Source: an uncultured Pelagibacteraceae bacterium (GTDB lineage Bacteria; Pseudomonadota; Alphaproteobacteria; Pelagibacterales; Pelagibacteraceae). Taken from it: a DNA stretch of 64,000 bases. Under the pieces are notes generated by a model. The model was not told the DNA's origin, did not search any database, and worked only from the letters and a program-made list of their open reading frames with translations. The position numbers and the translations under genes are program-made. Location: assembly GCA_902542165.1 (NCBI GenBank), contig CACBTF010000002.1, positions 8,446 to 72,445 of the forward strand. The letters are read 5' to 3'. Below are positions 53,211 through 62,480 of this stretch, one piece after another. Positions within the stretch are counted from its first letter, which is position 1; each line of letters begins with the position of its first letter.

Positions 53211-55298
53211 TTATTTCTTATTCATATTTGCTGATTTTAGTATAAAAGAATATTCCTCAGCTAATTCTTTTATTGCGTTGTCTCTTCCACTCATACCGCC
53301 GTGGCCTGCCGCTTCCATTTTACACTTTAGCAATTGAGTATTATTATCAGTCTTAGTTTCTCTTAGTTTTGCAATATATTTCACAGGTTCAGAATACAGC
53401 ACTCTATTATCAAACAGTGAAGTTGTTATAAGCATCGCAGGATAATCTTTTTTATCGATATTATTATAAGGAGCGTAAGATAAAATATATTCAAAGTATT
53501 CTTTGCTCTTGATGGGATTTCCCCAAAGCTCCCATTCAGCAGGCGTTAAAGGTAATTTTTCATTTAACATCGTTGTCATTGTGTCAACGAAAGGAACTAG
53601 TAAAAGCATTGAAAAAAATAAATCAGGTGCCATGTTGGCCACCGCACCGCCTGTGAGTCCACCTGCGCTTCCGCCATAAAAACAAAGTCCGCCTTTATAT
53701 GTATAACGTTGTTCTATTAAATGATTTGCACAAGCGATGTAGTCTAAAAAGGTATTTTTTTTTAACTTCTTTTTTCCTTCTTCATGCCAAACATCACCAA
53801 GATCTCCACCACCTCTTATATGCGCTATGGCAAAAGTAATTCCTCTATCAACAAGACAAAATCTTGAAGCACTAAAAGATGGAGAGATGCTATGTTTGTA
53901 GGCACCATATGCATAAAGTAGCACTTTTGACTTTCCGTTCTGTTTAGCATTTTTTAATCTGACCAAACTTATAGGAATCATTCGCCCGTCATGAGACTTA
54001 GCCTTAATTCTTTCAACAACATATTTTTTGGGATCATGCCCTGAGGGAATTTCAGTTTCTTTTACTAATTTTTTTTCTTTTGAAACGATGTCGTATTCAT
54101 AGATCTTACCAGGCGTAGCCATACTTTCCCAACTAACTCTAATTTTTGTAGTATTCGTGTCTTTTTGCATCAAAGAAGCTCCGGGAACACCTATCGCTTC
54201 GTCAGAAATTTTTATTTCTTCTTCTTTATTAGTTTTTATGTTTCTTACATATAATTTAGAGATAGCATCAGATTTCTCTGCTCGTAAAATGTAATCGTCT
54301 AGAAAATCTAAACCTCCGATCACTGTCTCTTTTTTGGCAGGTAAAAAAGTCTCAAGTTTATCAATTTGATCAGTTTTACATCTCAGTATTTTATAATCTC
54401 TAGCATCTTCATTTGTATGCACATAAAAATAACCTTTCCAAGAGTCGAGAGAATATCTAACGTCTTTTTTTCTTTTTTTAAATAAAGTTGGTTTTATATC
54501 TACAGCATTAGATGAAAAATAATATTCTTCAGTTGTAATATGATCTGAAGTTGAAATTATAAAAAACTTTTCATCAGATGAGAGACTTATTCCACAAGTA
54601 AAGGTCTCATTTTCTTCCTCAAATATAATTTTATCTTCTTTTATCGGTGTGCCTAGAACATGTTTAAAAATTTGCCTTGGTCTATGAAATTTATCCAACT
54701 TTGAATAAAAAAAGCTTTTGCTATCTAAAGACCAAGTTATTCCTCCACTAGTATTTTCGATAATATCATTTTCGTTTTTTCCAATTCTTAAATCTCGTAA
54801 ATAAATTGTGTAGTATTCAGATCCTTTCAAGTCTAAAGAATAGGCCATGTAATTATCACAATGCGAGGTGCTAACTGAACCAACACCAAAATATTCAGAT
54901 CCATAATTTTTCTTTTCAAGGTCACCATCAAAATAAACTTCTTCTGGTTTAGAACCATCAATTAATTGTCTAATTCTTTTTCCGTAATTTCCTTCGGCTT
55001 CGGTCTTAGACCAATAATAATATTTTTTATCTTTAAACTTTAACGAGGTATCATTTAGTTTAATTTTAGACCTTATCTCTTGGAATAAGTTTTTTTGCAA
55101 ATCTTTAACATCTTTAAAATAGTCTTCTGTGATTTTATTATTTGCACTAATGTAGTCTTTAACTTCTGGGTCAAGTTTACTTGCATCTTTCAAGACCTCA
55201 AGGATGTTAGGCTGATCAACCCAAGCATATTCATCAGATAAGGTTAGGTCGTGATACTTTTTCTCACTCTTAATTTTTTTAAGTTTTGGTATACTCAT
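53211..55298 (-). CDS. ptrB: S9A prolyl oligopeptidase family, oligopeptidase B
   Basis: YGAY, AHIRGGG, KKNTF.D, GGSAGG, PFVD, E...WGNP, D.RV...EP.K, GHGG.SGR. Confidence 0.9.
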   Translation of the reverse strand: MSIPKLKKIKSEKKYHDLTLSDEYAWVDQPNILEVLKDASKLDPEVKDYISANNKITEDYFKDVKDLQKNLFQEIRSKIKLNDTSLKFKDKKYYYWSKTEAEGNYGKRIRQLIDGSKPEEVYFDGDLEKKNYGSEYFGVGSVSTSHCDNYMAYSLDLKGSEYYTIYLRDLRIGKNENDIIENTSGGITWSLDSKSFFYSKLDKFHRPRQIFKHVLGTPIKEDKIIFEEENETFTCGISLSSDEKFFIISTSDHITTEEYYFSSNAVDIKPTLFKKRKKDVRYSLDSWKGYFYVHTNEDARDYKILRCKTDQIDKLETFLPAKKETVIGGLDFLDDYILRAEKSDAISKLYVRNIKTNKEEEIKISDEAIGVPGASLMQKDTNTTKIRVSWESMATPGKIYEYDIVSKEKKLVKETEIPSGHDPKKYVVERIKAKSHDGRMIPISLVRLKNAKQNGKSKVLLYAYGAYKHSISPSFSASRFCLVDRGITFAIAHIRGGGDLGDVWHEEGKKKLKKNTFLDYIACANHLIEQRYTYKGGLCFYGGSAGGLTGGAVANMAPDLFFSMLLLVPFVDTMTTMLNEKLPLTPAEWELWGNPIKSKEYFEYILSYAPYNNIDKKDYPAMLITTSLFDNRVLYSEPVKYIAKLRETKTDNNTQLLKCKMEAAGHGGMSGRDNAIKELAEEYSFILKSANMNKK

Positions 55299-55311
55299 AT
55301 TAGAAAATTAT

Positions 55312-55821
55312 ATGAATTTGTTTCTAATAGGAATTATCATCTTTGTCATTGTTTATTTATTTTTGAACTGGTTTGCCAGAACTAGTTCAAAAAGGATTGC
55401 TACCACGATTAAAAAAATTGCAGTTTATTTTTCATTAATCTTGGCTACGCTTTTAGCTATAGGTGGTAAATATATATTTTCACTCCCTTTTCTATTTGTT
55501 ATTTTAAGTGGTTTAAAAATTAAGGGTTTTACAGCCTTGCAAATGTTTCAGCTGTGGCGATTAATTCAATTTTTAAAAAATTCTGGAAGATTTTCTCAGG
55601 GACAATTCGGTCAAACTCAAGGATCATCAAGCGTAACAAGCGATGAGGCTTATAAGTTGCTTGGTTTAAAAAGAGGCTGCACCAAAGAAGATGTATTAAA
55701 AGCTGCCAACCAGCTCCAAAAAAAAATTCACCCAGATATGAATAGAGACGTTAAAACAGAGAGATTAAGTCAACTTGTTAATGAAGCGAAAGAGAAAATA
55801 ATCAAAACTGACTTTAGTTAA
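55312..55821 (+). CDS. Membrane-anchored J-domain protein
   Basis: N-terminal TM helices; EAYKLLGL...HPD...VNEAKE. Confidence 0.8.
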   Translation: MNLFLIGIIIFVIVYLFLNWFARTSSKRIATTIKKIAVYFSLILATLLAIGGKYIFSLPFLFVILSGLKIKGFTALQMFQLWRLIQFLKNSGRFSQGQFGQTQGSSSVTSDEAYKLLGLKRGCTKEDVLKAANQLQKKIHPDMNRDVKTERLSQLVNEAKEKIIKTDFS

Positions 55822-56774
55822 TTTAAAAGTTTAATCGAGACATTAAAAACTTTTTCAAAAGAAATCTTATCTGCTCCTAAAGTATCGTGAGTGGTGGTTT
55901 CCTCTGTTTCACCTTCTGGTACAATTACTTCAATATTTTTTGAGTATTTGCCATAAGCTTGAACTGGACTATCCATAAATAAAGCTAAACATTTTATACC
56001 TAAGGCTGATGATATATGTAACCAACCAGTATCATTGCCAATATAAAGGTTACAATTTTTAATAATGGGCAATGTTTCACTTATTTTTAAGTCTTTAAAT
56101 GAAATACAATTATTTGATAACTCTGAGTTAAGGAATTGATCAATTAAGTCCTTATCATTATTGCCTGCTGCTAAATAAAATTTTGAAGGTGTTCTTGCGT
56201 TAATATTAATACAAAGCTTTAAAAAGTTTTTGATGTCCCATCTTTTGGTAGGGCCACTAGCAGATATGCCTAAACAAATGTGTTTGAACTCGTTAGAAAA
56301 TTTTTGTTTTGCTAGATTTACTTTATCATCACTAATTATAAGTTCTGGCTGTGTAGATACAATGTCTCCTAATTCATTTTCTGTGAAAATTTTAGCTGAT
56401 GTTACAACATTATCTTTTTTTCTAAACAATGGATATTGGGAGATATTTTTTATTCCAGCGATTTTAGAAATTAATAAGTATCTCAATGAGCTATTAAAAA
56501 TAAAAACCTTATCAAATTCTTTTAATTTAAGATCTCTGCTTAATTTAAAAAACCCTAAAAGACCATCATGAGTTCCAGTATTATTTTTTGTTCTATCCAA
56601 TATTAAAACTTCCTTAATATGTCTATCTTCAGATAAAAGTTGATTGGCACGAGAATTCTCTTTCACTAAAATTGACACAGCAGTTTTATACTTTTTCGAA
56701 ATAGCATGAATATATGGTAAATAAATTACCATATCTCCCATACCAATTTTTGGTTGAATTACTAAAACTTTCAT
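55818..56774 (-). CDS. Glycosyltransferase family 9 (heptosyltransferase-like)
   Basis: GMGDMV...P, K.W....F, IGNDTG..H...ALG. Confidence 0.85.
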   Translation of the reverse strand: MKVLVIQPKIGMGDMVIYLPYIHAISKKYKTAVSILVKENSRANQLLSEDRHIKEVLILDRTKNNTGTHDGLLGFFKLSRDLKLKEFDKVFIFNSSLRYLLISKIAGIKNISQYPLFRKKDNVVTSAKIFTENELGDIVSTQPELIISDDKVNLAKQKFSNEFKHICLGISASGPTKRWDIKNFLKLCININARTPSKFYLAAGNNDKDLIDQFLNSELSNNCISFKDLKISETLPIIKNCNLYIGNDTGWLHISSALGIKCLALFMDSPVQAYGKYSKNIEVIVPEGETEETTTHDTLGADKISFEKVFNVSIKLLN

Positions 56775-56821
56775 TTTTAAATTTAATAATATAACTTAGA
56801 TAGAATAATTTAGGTAAGATT

Positions 56822-57706
56822 ATGATTAAAAAAGGAGTATACGCAGCTGGATTAAGTGTTCTCAATGCCGATAGAACTCTGAATATTGATGCAACGATTA
56901 ATCATGCAAGTGAAGCAATTCAAAGCGGCTTACATGGAGTTTTCTTTTTTGGTTCAACAGGTCAAAGCCAATTAATTTCAATAAATGAAAAGAAAGAACT
57001 TATAGCTAAAATTTCCAGTCATAAGTTAAGAAAACAGTTTTATTTAGGGACTGGAAATAATTCTCTTAATGAAAATATCGATCTAATTAGTTATGCAATG
57101 GAGTACGATTTTAGAGAATTTTTAATTATGCCGCCAGCATATTATAAGGGAAATACTGACGAAGGAGTTTTTGAATTCTATTCAAGATTAATTACGGCTA
57201 TTCCTAAAGTAAAAATTATTCTTTATAATTTTGAAAAACTAAGTGGTTACAAATTTTCAGCAGAAATGGTGACTAAGCTTGTAAAAGATTTTCCTGAAAA
57301 TGTAATAGGATGCAAAGACTCTAGCTATAATTTATTTGAAAGTTTGAAGTTACCAAATTTTTTAATGTTTCCGGGTTCAGAGGCAAAACTTTTAAAAGGT
57401 CTAGAACTTGGTTGTTCAGGTTGTATATCAGCTGTAACTAATGTTACACACTCTTTAGCTAGAAAAGTTTTCGATGACTATGAAAAAAAAGTACCACAAT
57501 CAAAAAATGAAAAATTGATTAATGTAAGAGAAACATTTGATCAATTTAATTTGATTTCTGCTCTTCATAGTTTTTTATCAATTAAAGATGAAAAATTTAA
57601 AAATATTTTGCCACCGCTAGTCTTATTGTCTAATGCGAAACAGAGGGAACTAATTGAAAAATTAAACAAATTAGAGTTTGTAGTAGAAAAAAACTTGGCA
57701 GCATAA
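56822..57706 (+). CDS. DapA/DHDPS-family class I aldolase, substrate uncertain
   Basis: GSTGQ, PP.YYK, ILYN, GCKDSS (Schiff-base Lys), GCISA..NV. Confidence 0.85.
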   Translation: MIKKGVYAAGLSVLNADRTLNIDATINHASEAIQSGLHGVFFFGSTGQSQLISINEKKELIAKISSHKLRKQFYLGTGNNSLNENIDLISYAMEYDFREFLIMPPAYYKGNTDEGVFEFYSRLITAIPKVKIILYNFEKLSGYKFSAEMVTKLVKDFPENVIGCKDSSYNLFESLKLPNFLMFPGSEAKLLKGLELGCSGCISAVTNVTHSLARKVFDDYEKKVPQSKNEKLINVRETFDQFNLISALHSFLSIKDEKFKNILPPLVLLSNAKQRELIEKLNKLEFVVEKNLAA

Positions 57707-57709
57707 ATT

Positions 57710-58915
57710 ATGATTTTAGCAAGAATATTTACAAAAATTTACAAAGAGGGTGGAATAATTTTAGTAGATGCAAAAGGACAAAAATATATTTGTGGCAATC
57801 CGAGAAATGAAAAACCAATCACCGTGAAATTATTCAAAGATAATCTTAGCTGGAAATTATTATTAGATCCTGAGCTTGAGTTTCCAGAAGCATATATGAG
57901 AAATGAAATTGAAATTGAAAATGCATCAATGAAAGATTTCTTAATGGATCTTTTAAAAAATTTAGGTAGAGGTGAAATCTCAACAACAAGTATAATTGCT
58001 AAAAAAATTTTTCAGGCATGGAGAACAGTAACAAATTTTAATTTACCAGGTAAATCAAGAAAAAATGTTGAGCATCATTATGACATTGGTGGATCAAGAG
58101 GTGAAAAGTTATATGATATTTTCTTAGATAAAACTCATAGACTATATTCTTGCGCGTATTGGAAAAATGATACGAAAACTTTAGAGGAAGCCCAACAAAA
58201 CAAAATAGATCATATTATTAAAAAATTAGACATAAAAGAGGGTCAAAAAATCTTAGAAGTCGGTTGTGGCTGGGGTGGTATGGCTTTTGAAATAGCAAAA
58301 CAAAAAAAATGCACGGTAACCGGAATTTCTTTGAGTAAAAATCAAATTGAATATTGTAAACGCAAAGCTAAGGAATTAAATTTAGACAACCAGGTTAAAT
58401 TTGAGCTTATTGACTACAGAGAAGCAAAAGGAAAATATGATAGAATTTTTTCTGTAGGCATGTTCGAACATGTTGGAAGAAAATTTTATAATACTTTTTT
58501 TAAATCGATGAATAGCCTCTTAAAAGATGACGGGATATTTTTATTACATACTATCGGAGTGGTAGATAAACCCTCTGCACCTAATAAGTTTATAAATAAG
58601 TATATATTTCCTGGCGGAGTTTGCCCTTCATTTAGTCAGATTATTAACCCAATAGAAAAAACTGGGTTAATTGTAGCTGATACAGAAACATTAATCAGGC
58701 ATTATGATAAAACTTTGGAAAGTTGGTTAGAGCGGTTTTTAGAAAAGAAAAAGGAAGTAAAAGATTTATTTGATGAAAGATTTGTAAAAATGTGGGAATT
58801 TTATATGGCTAGCTGTGCAGCAGCATTTAGATATAGAGATCTAGTCGTTTTTCAATTACAAATTGTTAAGAACTTTCAATCAGCTCACCGTACAAGAGAC
58901 TATATATATTCATAA
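57710..58915 (+). CDS. cfa: Cyclopropane-fatty-acyl-phospholipid synthase family methyltransferase
   Basis: NVEHHYD, YSCAY, LEEAQ..K, EVGCGWGG, SVGMFEHVG, KYIFPGG, HY..TL..W, MWEFY. Confidence 0.88.
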   Translation: MILARIFTKIYKEGGIILVDAKGQKYICGNPRNEKPITVKLFKDNLSWKLLLDPELEFPEAYMRNEIEIENASMKDFLMDLLKNLGRGEISTTSIIAKKIFQAWRTVTNFNLPGKSRKNVEHHYDIGGSRGEKLYDIFLDKTHRLYSCAYWKNDTKTLEEAQQNKIDHIIKKLDIKEGQKILEVGCGWGGMAFEIAKQKKCTVTGISLSKNQIEYCKRKAKELNLDNQVKFELIDYREAKGKYDRIFSVGMFEHVGRKFYNTFFKSMNSLLKDDGIFLLHTIGVVDKPSAPNKFINKYIFPGGVCPSFSQIINPIEKTGLIVADTETLIRHYDKTLESWLERFLEKKKEVKDLFDERFVKMWEFYMASCAAAFRYRDLVVFQLQIVKNFQSAHRTRDYIYS

Positions 58916-58941
58916 AAAGTGCTATTTAATTAATAGCTAGT

Positions 58942-60168
58942 ATGAAAAAGAAGAAAAAAAAACTTGCAAAGGTTAAGAAAAAAAAACAAATAAAATCCTT
59001 AATTCAGAGATTTAGAAAAAAAAGAAAAAAAACAAGAAATAAGAAAACTCGAAAAAGTAAAAAATCGAAAAGAACAGTAAAGAAAAAAATAAAAAGAACT
59101 AAAAAAGTAAAATTAAAGAAAAATTTTAAATTTAAGAAACCAAATAAAAAGCCCCAAAAAACAAGAGCTATAGTTTCAGGCTTATTAAGACTAAATGATA
59201 AAGTTAAATCTATTTTTAGATTTAAAATTAATTTAGATCAAACACTACAGACATTTTTCATAGGTATTTCCGATAAAGTTTCAGGAATAAAAAAAATTAT
59301 TTTAGAGGAGCGAGAAAAACAAAAAAAAATAAAACTAAAGCTTATGGAACAAGAAAAAAAGGATGCTCAAAAAAGATTACTACAAAAAGAAAAATTAGCT
59401 TTAGAGACAAAAAGAAATGAGCTTAAAGAGGAGCAAATACTTGAAAAAGAAAGAAAACTAGATTTACAAAGATTTATAAAATTAGAACAAGCTGAGCTTA
59501 GAAAAGAAAGAGCTGAAAAACAAAGGCAATTTTTAGAGCAAATCAAATTGGAGAAAAAAATTGATCTTTTTAGAAAAAGAGAAGAATTAGAAATCAAAAA
59601 TCTTGAAAAATTTGTTTTAAGTCAACAAAGGGAATCATACGAAGAAGTTCAGCAACGTATTGATAAAATTAAAGAAAAGTACAAGTTAATCAGAGAGCAA
59701 AAAATAAATGAAGCAATAAGAGAAAGAGTTGCAAATTTAGGTATTAAAGTAGAAGAAACTGATGATAAAGCAACGTTATTAGAAAAAGAGAGAGTCTATA
59801 ATGAAGAGAGAGAAAAGATCGAATATGCTCTTGAAAGTTTTTATCGTTCAGCTCACAGCTTGTGCTTTCAATTAAATAAAAAATATATTCCTAAATATTT
59901 AAGTATCATCAGATGCATTGATAAAAGATTTGAAACTGGAGAAATTTATATTAAATGGGACGATTCGATCGAAGCTGATTGGTTAATTTTAATTTATATA
60001 AAAAATAATTCACCAGATGATGGAATAATAATTGAAGATAAAACCGATCCGGAAAATCACATAACACATGAATTTCATCCAAATGAAATATTTAAAGCTT
60101 CAGATGTAATGGTTGACGCATTAACAAAATTGTTAGATAGCGAAAGAAATAAAAGAAAAGTTAGTTAA
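58942..60168 (+). CDS. Hypothetical protein: highly basic N-tail, long charged helix, C-terminal globular domain
   Basis: 408-aa ORF filling the gap between cfa and the MBL gene; composition read from the translation. Confidence 0.8.
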   Translation: MKKKKKKLAKVKKKKQIKSLIQRFRKKRKKTRNKKTRKSKKSKRTVKKKIKRTKKVKLKKNFKFKKPNKKPQKTRAIVSGLLRLNDKVKSIFRFKINLDQTLQTFFIGISDKVSGIKKIILEEREKQKKIKLKLMEQEKKDAQKRLLQKEKLALETKRNELKEEQILEKERKLDLQRFIKLEQAELRKERAEKQRQFLEQIKLEKKIDLFRKREELEIKNLEKFVLSQQRESYEEVQQRIDKIKEKYKLIREQKINEAIRERVANLGIKVEETDDKATLLEKERVYNEEREKIEYALESFYRSAHSLCFQLNKKYIPKYLSIIRCIDKRFETGEIYIKWDDSIEADWLILIYIKNNSPDDGIIIEDKTDPENHITHEFHPNEIFKASDVMVDALTKLLDSERNKRKVS

Positions 60169-61246
60169 TGAGATCTTCTAATTTTTTAATCTCACCAATT
60201 TTAAATATAATTGCCTCTTCTTTTTTATAATCAAACTTTTCAGCATTTTCTTTGAATCTTACTGGAGGCTCCCAAATAGGTTCCAAGCTTAATATTGCTG
60301 TCCCCCAATGCATCCCAATAACTTTTTTTACTTTTAAATCTTTCATTAAAGATAAAAGTTCTTCAGGGTTTGCGTGAGCTGTAGATTTATCCTTGACTGG
60401 AACAATTGGATAAAAATTGTAGGCCCCCAAATTTCCAAAACCCAAATCAATAGGACCAAATTTTTTTCCTAATTCTTTATAAAATGGTGCAGGTCCAGTA
60501 TCACAAGCAAAAAAGATTTTTTTATCTTTGTATTCAATTAAAAAACTCCCCCAAAGTGTTCTATTTGTATTTCCATCTCCCCAAATCCACCGTTTAGACC
60601 AGTGTTGGCTTGGAAGCATAGTTACTGTGATTTCATCATTAATTTTAATTTTATCAAACCAATCCATTTCTCTAACAGTATCTTTTTTATATCCATTTTT
60701 TGTAAAATATTTACCAAGCTTAAGAGGTACTAGAACTTCAGCATTTTTATAAGGAAAGTTTTTTATCGTACGAATACTCATGTGATCGTAATGATTGTGT
60801 GTCAGCAAAAATAAATCTATCTTAGGAAGCTCTTTAAGGGTCAAAGGAGATTCTATGTATTTCTTGGGACCAAATATCATAGGTCCATAATTCTTTTCAA
60901 AAACTGGGTCAGTAATAATTGTAGTGTCTCCAAGTTTAATTATAAAGCTTGCATGATCAAGCCACATCACATAAGAGTCCAATTTATATTTTTCAAGATT
61001 TTTTAAAACTATTTCTTTATCAATTACATGCTCGGGGGGATAATCAATCTTAATTTTTTTCTTCTCTTCCCTAAAAACTTTCCAATTCCATTTAAAATTA
61101 GGGTCCCTTTTTGGGCCACCTTCAAGGTTTCTAAAAGCAAATAACTTTCCATTTTTATAAATATGGTGGGAAGGTTTTTGGTCCATCGCAACAAGTTCTA
61201 TATTAAAAAAAATTATAATTATTAGAAAAGACAATAATTTTTTCAT
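60161..61246 (-). CDS. Exported MBL-fold metallohydrolase (NAPE-PLD/RomA-like)
   Basis: WL.HAS, TDPVF, THNHYDH, HWSKR, LWGSF, GAY, HWGT..LS.EP. Confidence 0.85.
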   Translation of the reverse strand: MKKLLSFLIIIIFFNIELVAMDQKPSHHIYKNGKLFAFRNLEGGPKRDPNFKWNWKVFREEKKKIKIDYPPEHVIDKEIVLKNLEKYKLDSYVMWLDHASFIIKLGDTTIITDPVFEKNYGPMIFGPKKYIESPLTLKELPKIDLFLLTHNHYDHMSIRTIKNFPYKNAEVLVPLKLGKYFTKNGYKKDTVREMDWFDKIKINDEITVTMLPSQHWSKRWIWGDGNTNRTLWGSFLIEYKDKKIFFACDTGPAPFYKELGKKFGPIDLGFGNLGAYNFYPIVPVKDKSTAHANPEELLSLMKDLKVKKVIGMHWGTAILSLEPIWEPPVRFKENAEKFDYKKEEAIIFKIGEIKKLEDLIN

Positions 61247-61257
61247 TATTTCTATTA

Positions 61258-61440
61258 TTATTTTTCTCTAGTTTTGTTGTTAAGTTTATTCGCATATTCT
61301 TTTATTTTATCCCACTCATTTTTGTTATATTTTTCTTTTTTTTCAGCTTTATAGGAGACGATTAAAGGCAGAATAATTAGAGCTAAAACGATTACGATAC
61401 AAACAATAATAAGGGGTAAGTTCATACCCCTTATTATCAT
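61258..61440 (-). CDS. Small single-pass membrane protein
   Basis: One hydrophobic helix and a charged tail; co-oriented with its neighbours. Confidence 0.5.
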   Translation of the reverse strand: MIIRGMNLPLIIVCIVIVLALIILPLIVSYKAEKKEKYNKNEWDKIKEYANKLNNKTREK

Positions 61441-61465
61441 GAATTATTTTAATTTAAATAACTTT

Positions 61466-61669
61466 TTAGCTATCTAGACAATTTGACTTATTAATTCTTT
61501 TGTCAAAATCTTTCTGAGCTTCTTTGCTTACTACCCAAATATAAGAAGACTCTTGTAATTGGCTTGTATCAACAGTTGTACAACGTTTGCCAATTTTTAT
61601 TTTCGCCATGTTTCCACCAGCGCAGTTTGTTAACAAAAGCAATAAAGATATAATAGATAATGTTTTCAT
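61466..61669 (-). CDS. Small lipoprotein
   Basis: Lipobox LTNC and two further Cys. Confidence 0.65.
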   Translation of the reverse strand: MKTLSIISLLLLLTNCAGGNMAKIKIGKRCTTVDTSQLQESSYIWVVSKEAQKDFDKRINKSNCLDS

Positions 61670-61781
61670 AATTAAAAGTTAATTTAAAATTCTGCGTTTT
61701 GCTTGGCATAAATTAGTCAAAAAAAAGAAAATCATCTTATCTTTGTTGAAATGGAGCTCTTTAAAGCTTATTGTCAATTAT

Positions 61782-62174
61782 ATGGCAGGCCATATTTATA
61801 AAACAAAAGTTTACTATGAGGATACTGACGCAGGAGGGATTGTTTATTATGCAAGGTATTTACATTTTATTGAACGAGCACGAACAGAAATGATCTACGA
61901 TCATTTAAAACTTAACCACAAACAATTGAGAGATAATTTTAATGCAATCTTTGTCGTAAGAGAATGCAACGTTAAATACTTAAAATCTGCAAATTTTGAG
62001 GACAATCTTCAGGTTAAAACAAAGGTCACAAAAAAATCACCTGTAAGACTTAATTTATTACAAGAAGTTTCTAGAGACAATGAAACACTAGTTACAGCAC
62101 AAGTTGAATTAGCAGTTATAGACAGCAATGGGTCTGTAGGTAAACTTCCGATAGATTTATTAGAAAAAATATAA
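61782..62174 (+). CDS. ybgC: YbgC/FadM-family acyl-CoA thioesterase
   Basis: VYYEDTDAGGIVYYARYL.F.ERARTE; ATG at 61782. Confidence 0.88.
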   Translation: MAGHIYKTKVYYEDTDAGGIVYYARYLHFIERARTEMIYDHLKLNHKQLRDNFNAIFVVRECNVKYLKSANFEDNLQVKTKVTKKSPVRLNLLQEVSRDNETLVTAQVELAVIDSNGSVGKLPIDLLEKI

Positions 62175-62281
62175 ATTTGACCAATAGCAGCCAAATCTTT
62201 GCCTAAATCTCTAGCTAAATTCAAATCAAGTTTGCAATTTTAGCATTACTTAAATATCTAAAAATAAACTAATAATAATTT

Positions 62282-62401
62282 ATGAAATTAAGAGCACTTA
62301 AAAAAAGTAAAAACAAATCAACTGCTAAAAAATTAAGAAGAGTTTCTTTATTCGAGCTTCAAAACTCGCCAAAAGCTTTACTTTTTAGAGCAAGAGCTTA
62401 A
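62282..62401 (+). CDS. Unannotated 39-aa basic small protein
   Basis: Read by hand: MKLRALKKSKNKSTAKKLRRVSLFELQNSPKALLFRARA*; below the ORF-track size cutoff; followed by a strong terminator. Confidence 0.5.
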   Translation: MKLRALKKSKNKSTAKKLRRVSLFELQNSPKALLFRARA

Positions 62402-62455
62402 CATCTTTCCTCCAAAACTATTCAGTGGCCTAATGAACATTAGGCCATTGTTTTT
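62402..62455 (+). ncRNA. Candidate anti-SD sRNA module (alpha-r8/suhB-like)
   Basis: UCUUUCCUCCAAAACU single-stranded segment directly before a terminator hairpin and U-tract. Confidence 0.4.
62423..62455 (+). terminator. Intrinsic terminator
   Basis: CAGTGGCCTAAT-GAAC-ATTAGGCCATTG-TTTTT, a 12-bp stem with one G-U pair. Confidence 0.85.
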
Positions 62456-62480
62456 AGAGCCATAATTGTTAAATTAGTCT

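Noticed and set aside
58942-59170. Phase-variable or frameshifting poly-A tracts
   Set aside because: The A-runs are explained by Lys codons in an intact frame and are common throughout this AT-rich window.
62009-62224. 71-aa minus-strand ORF starting in the ybgC-purE spacer
   Set aside because: Mostly antisense to ybgC, TTG start, no motif or RBS.
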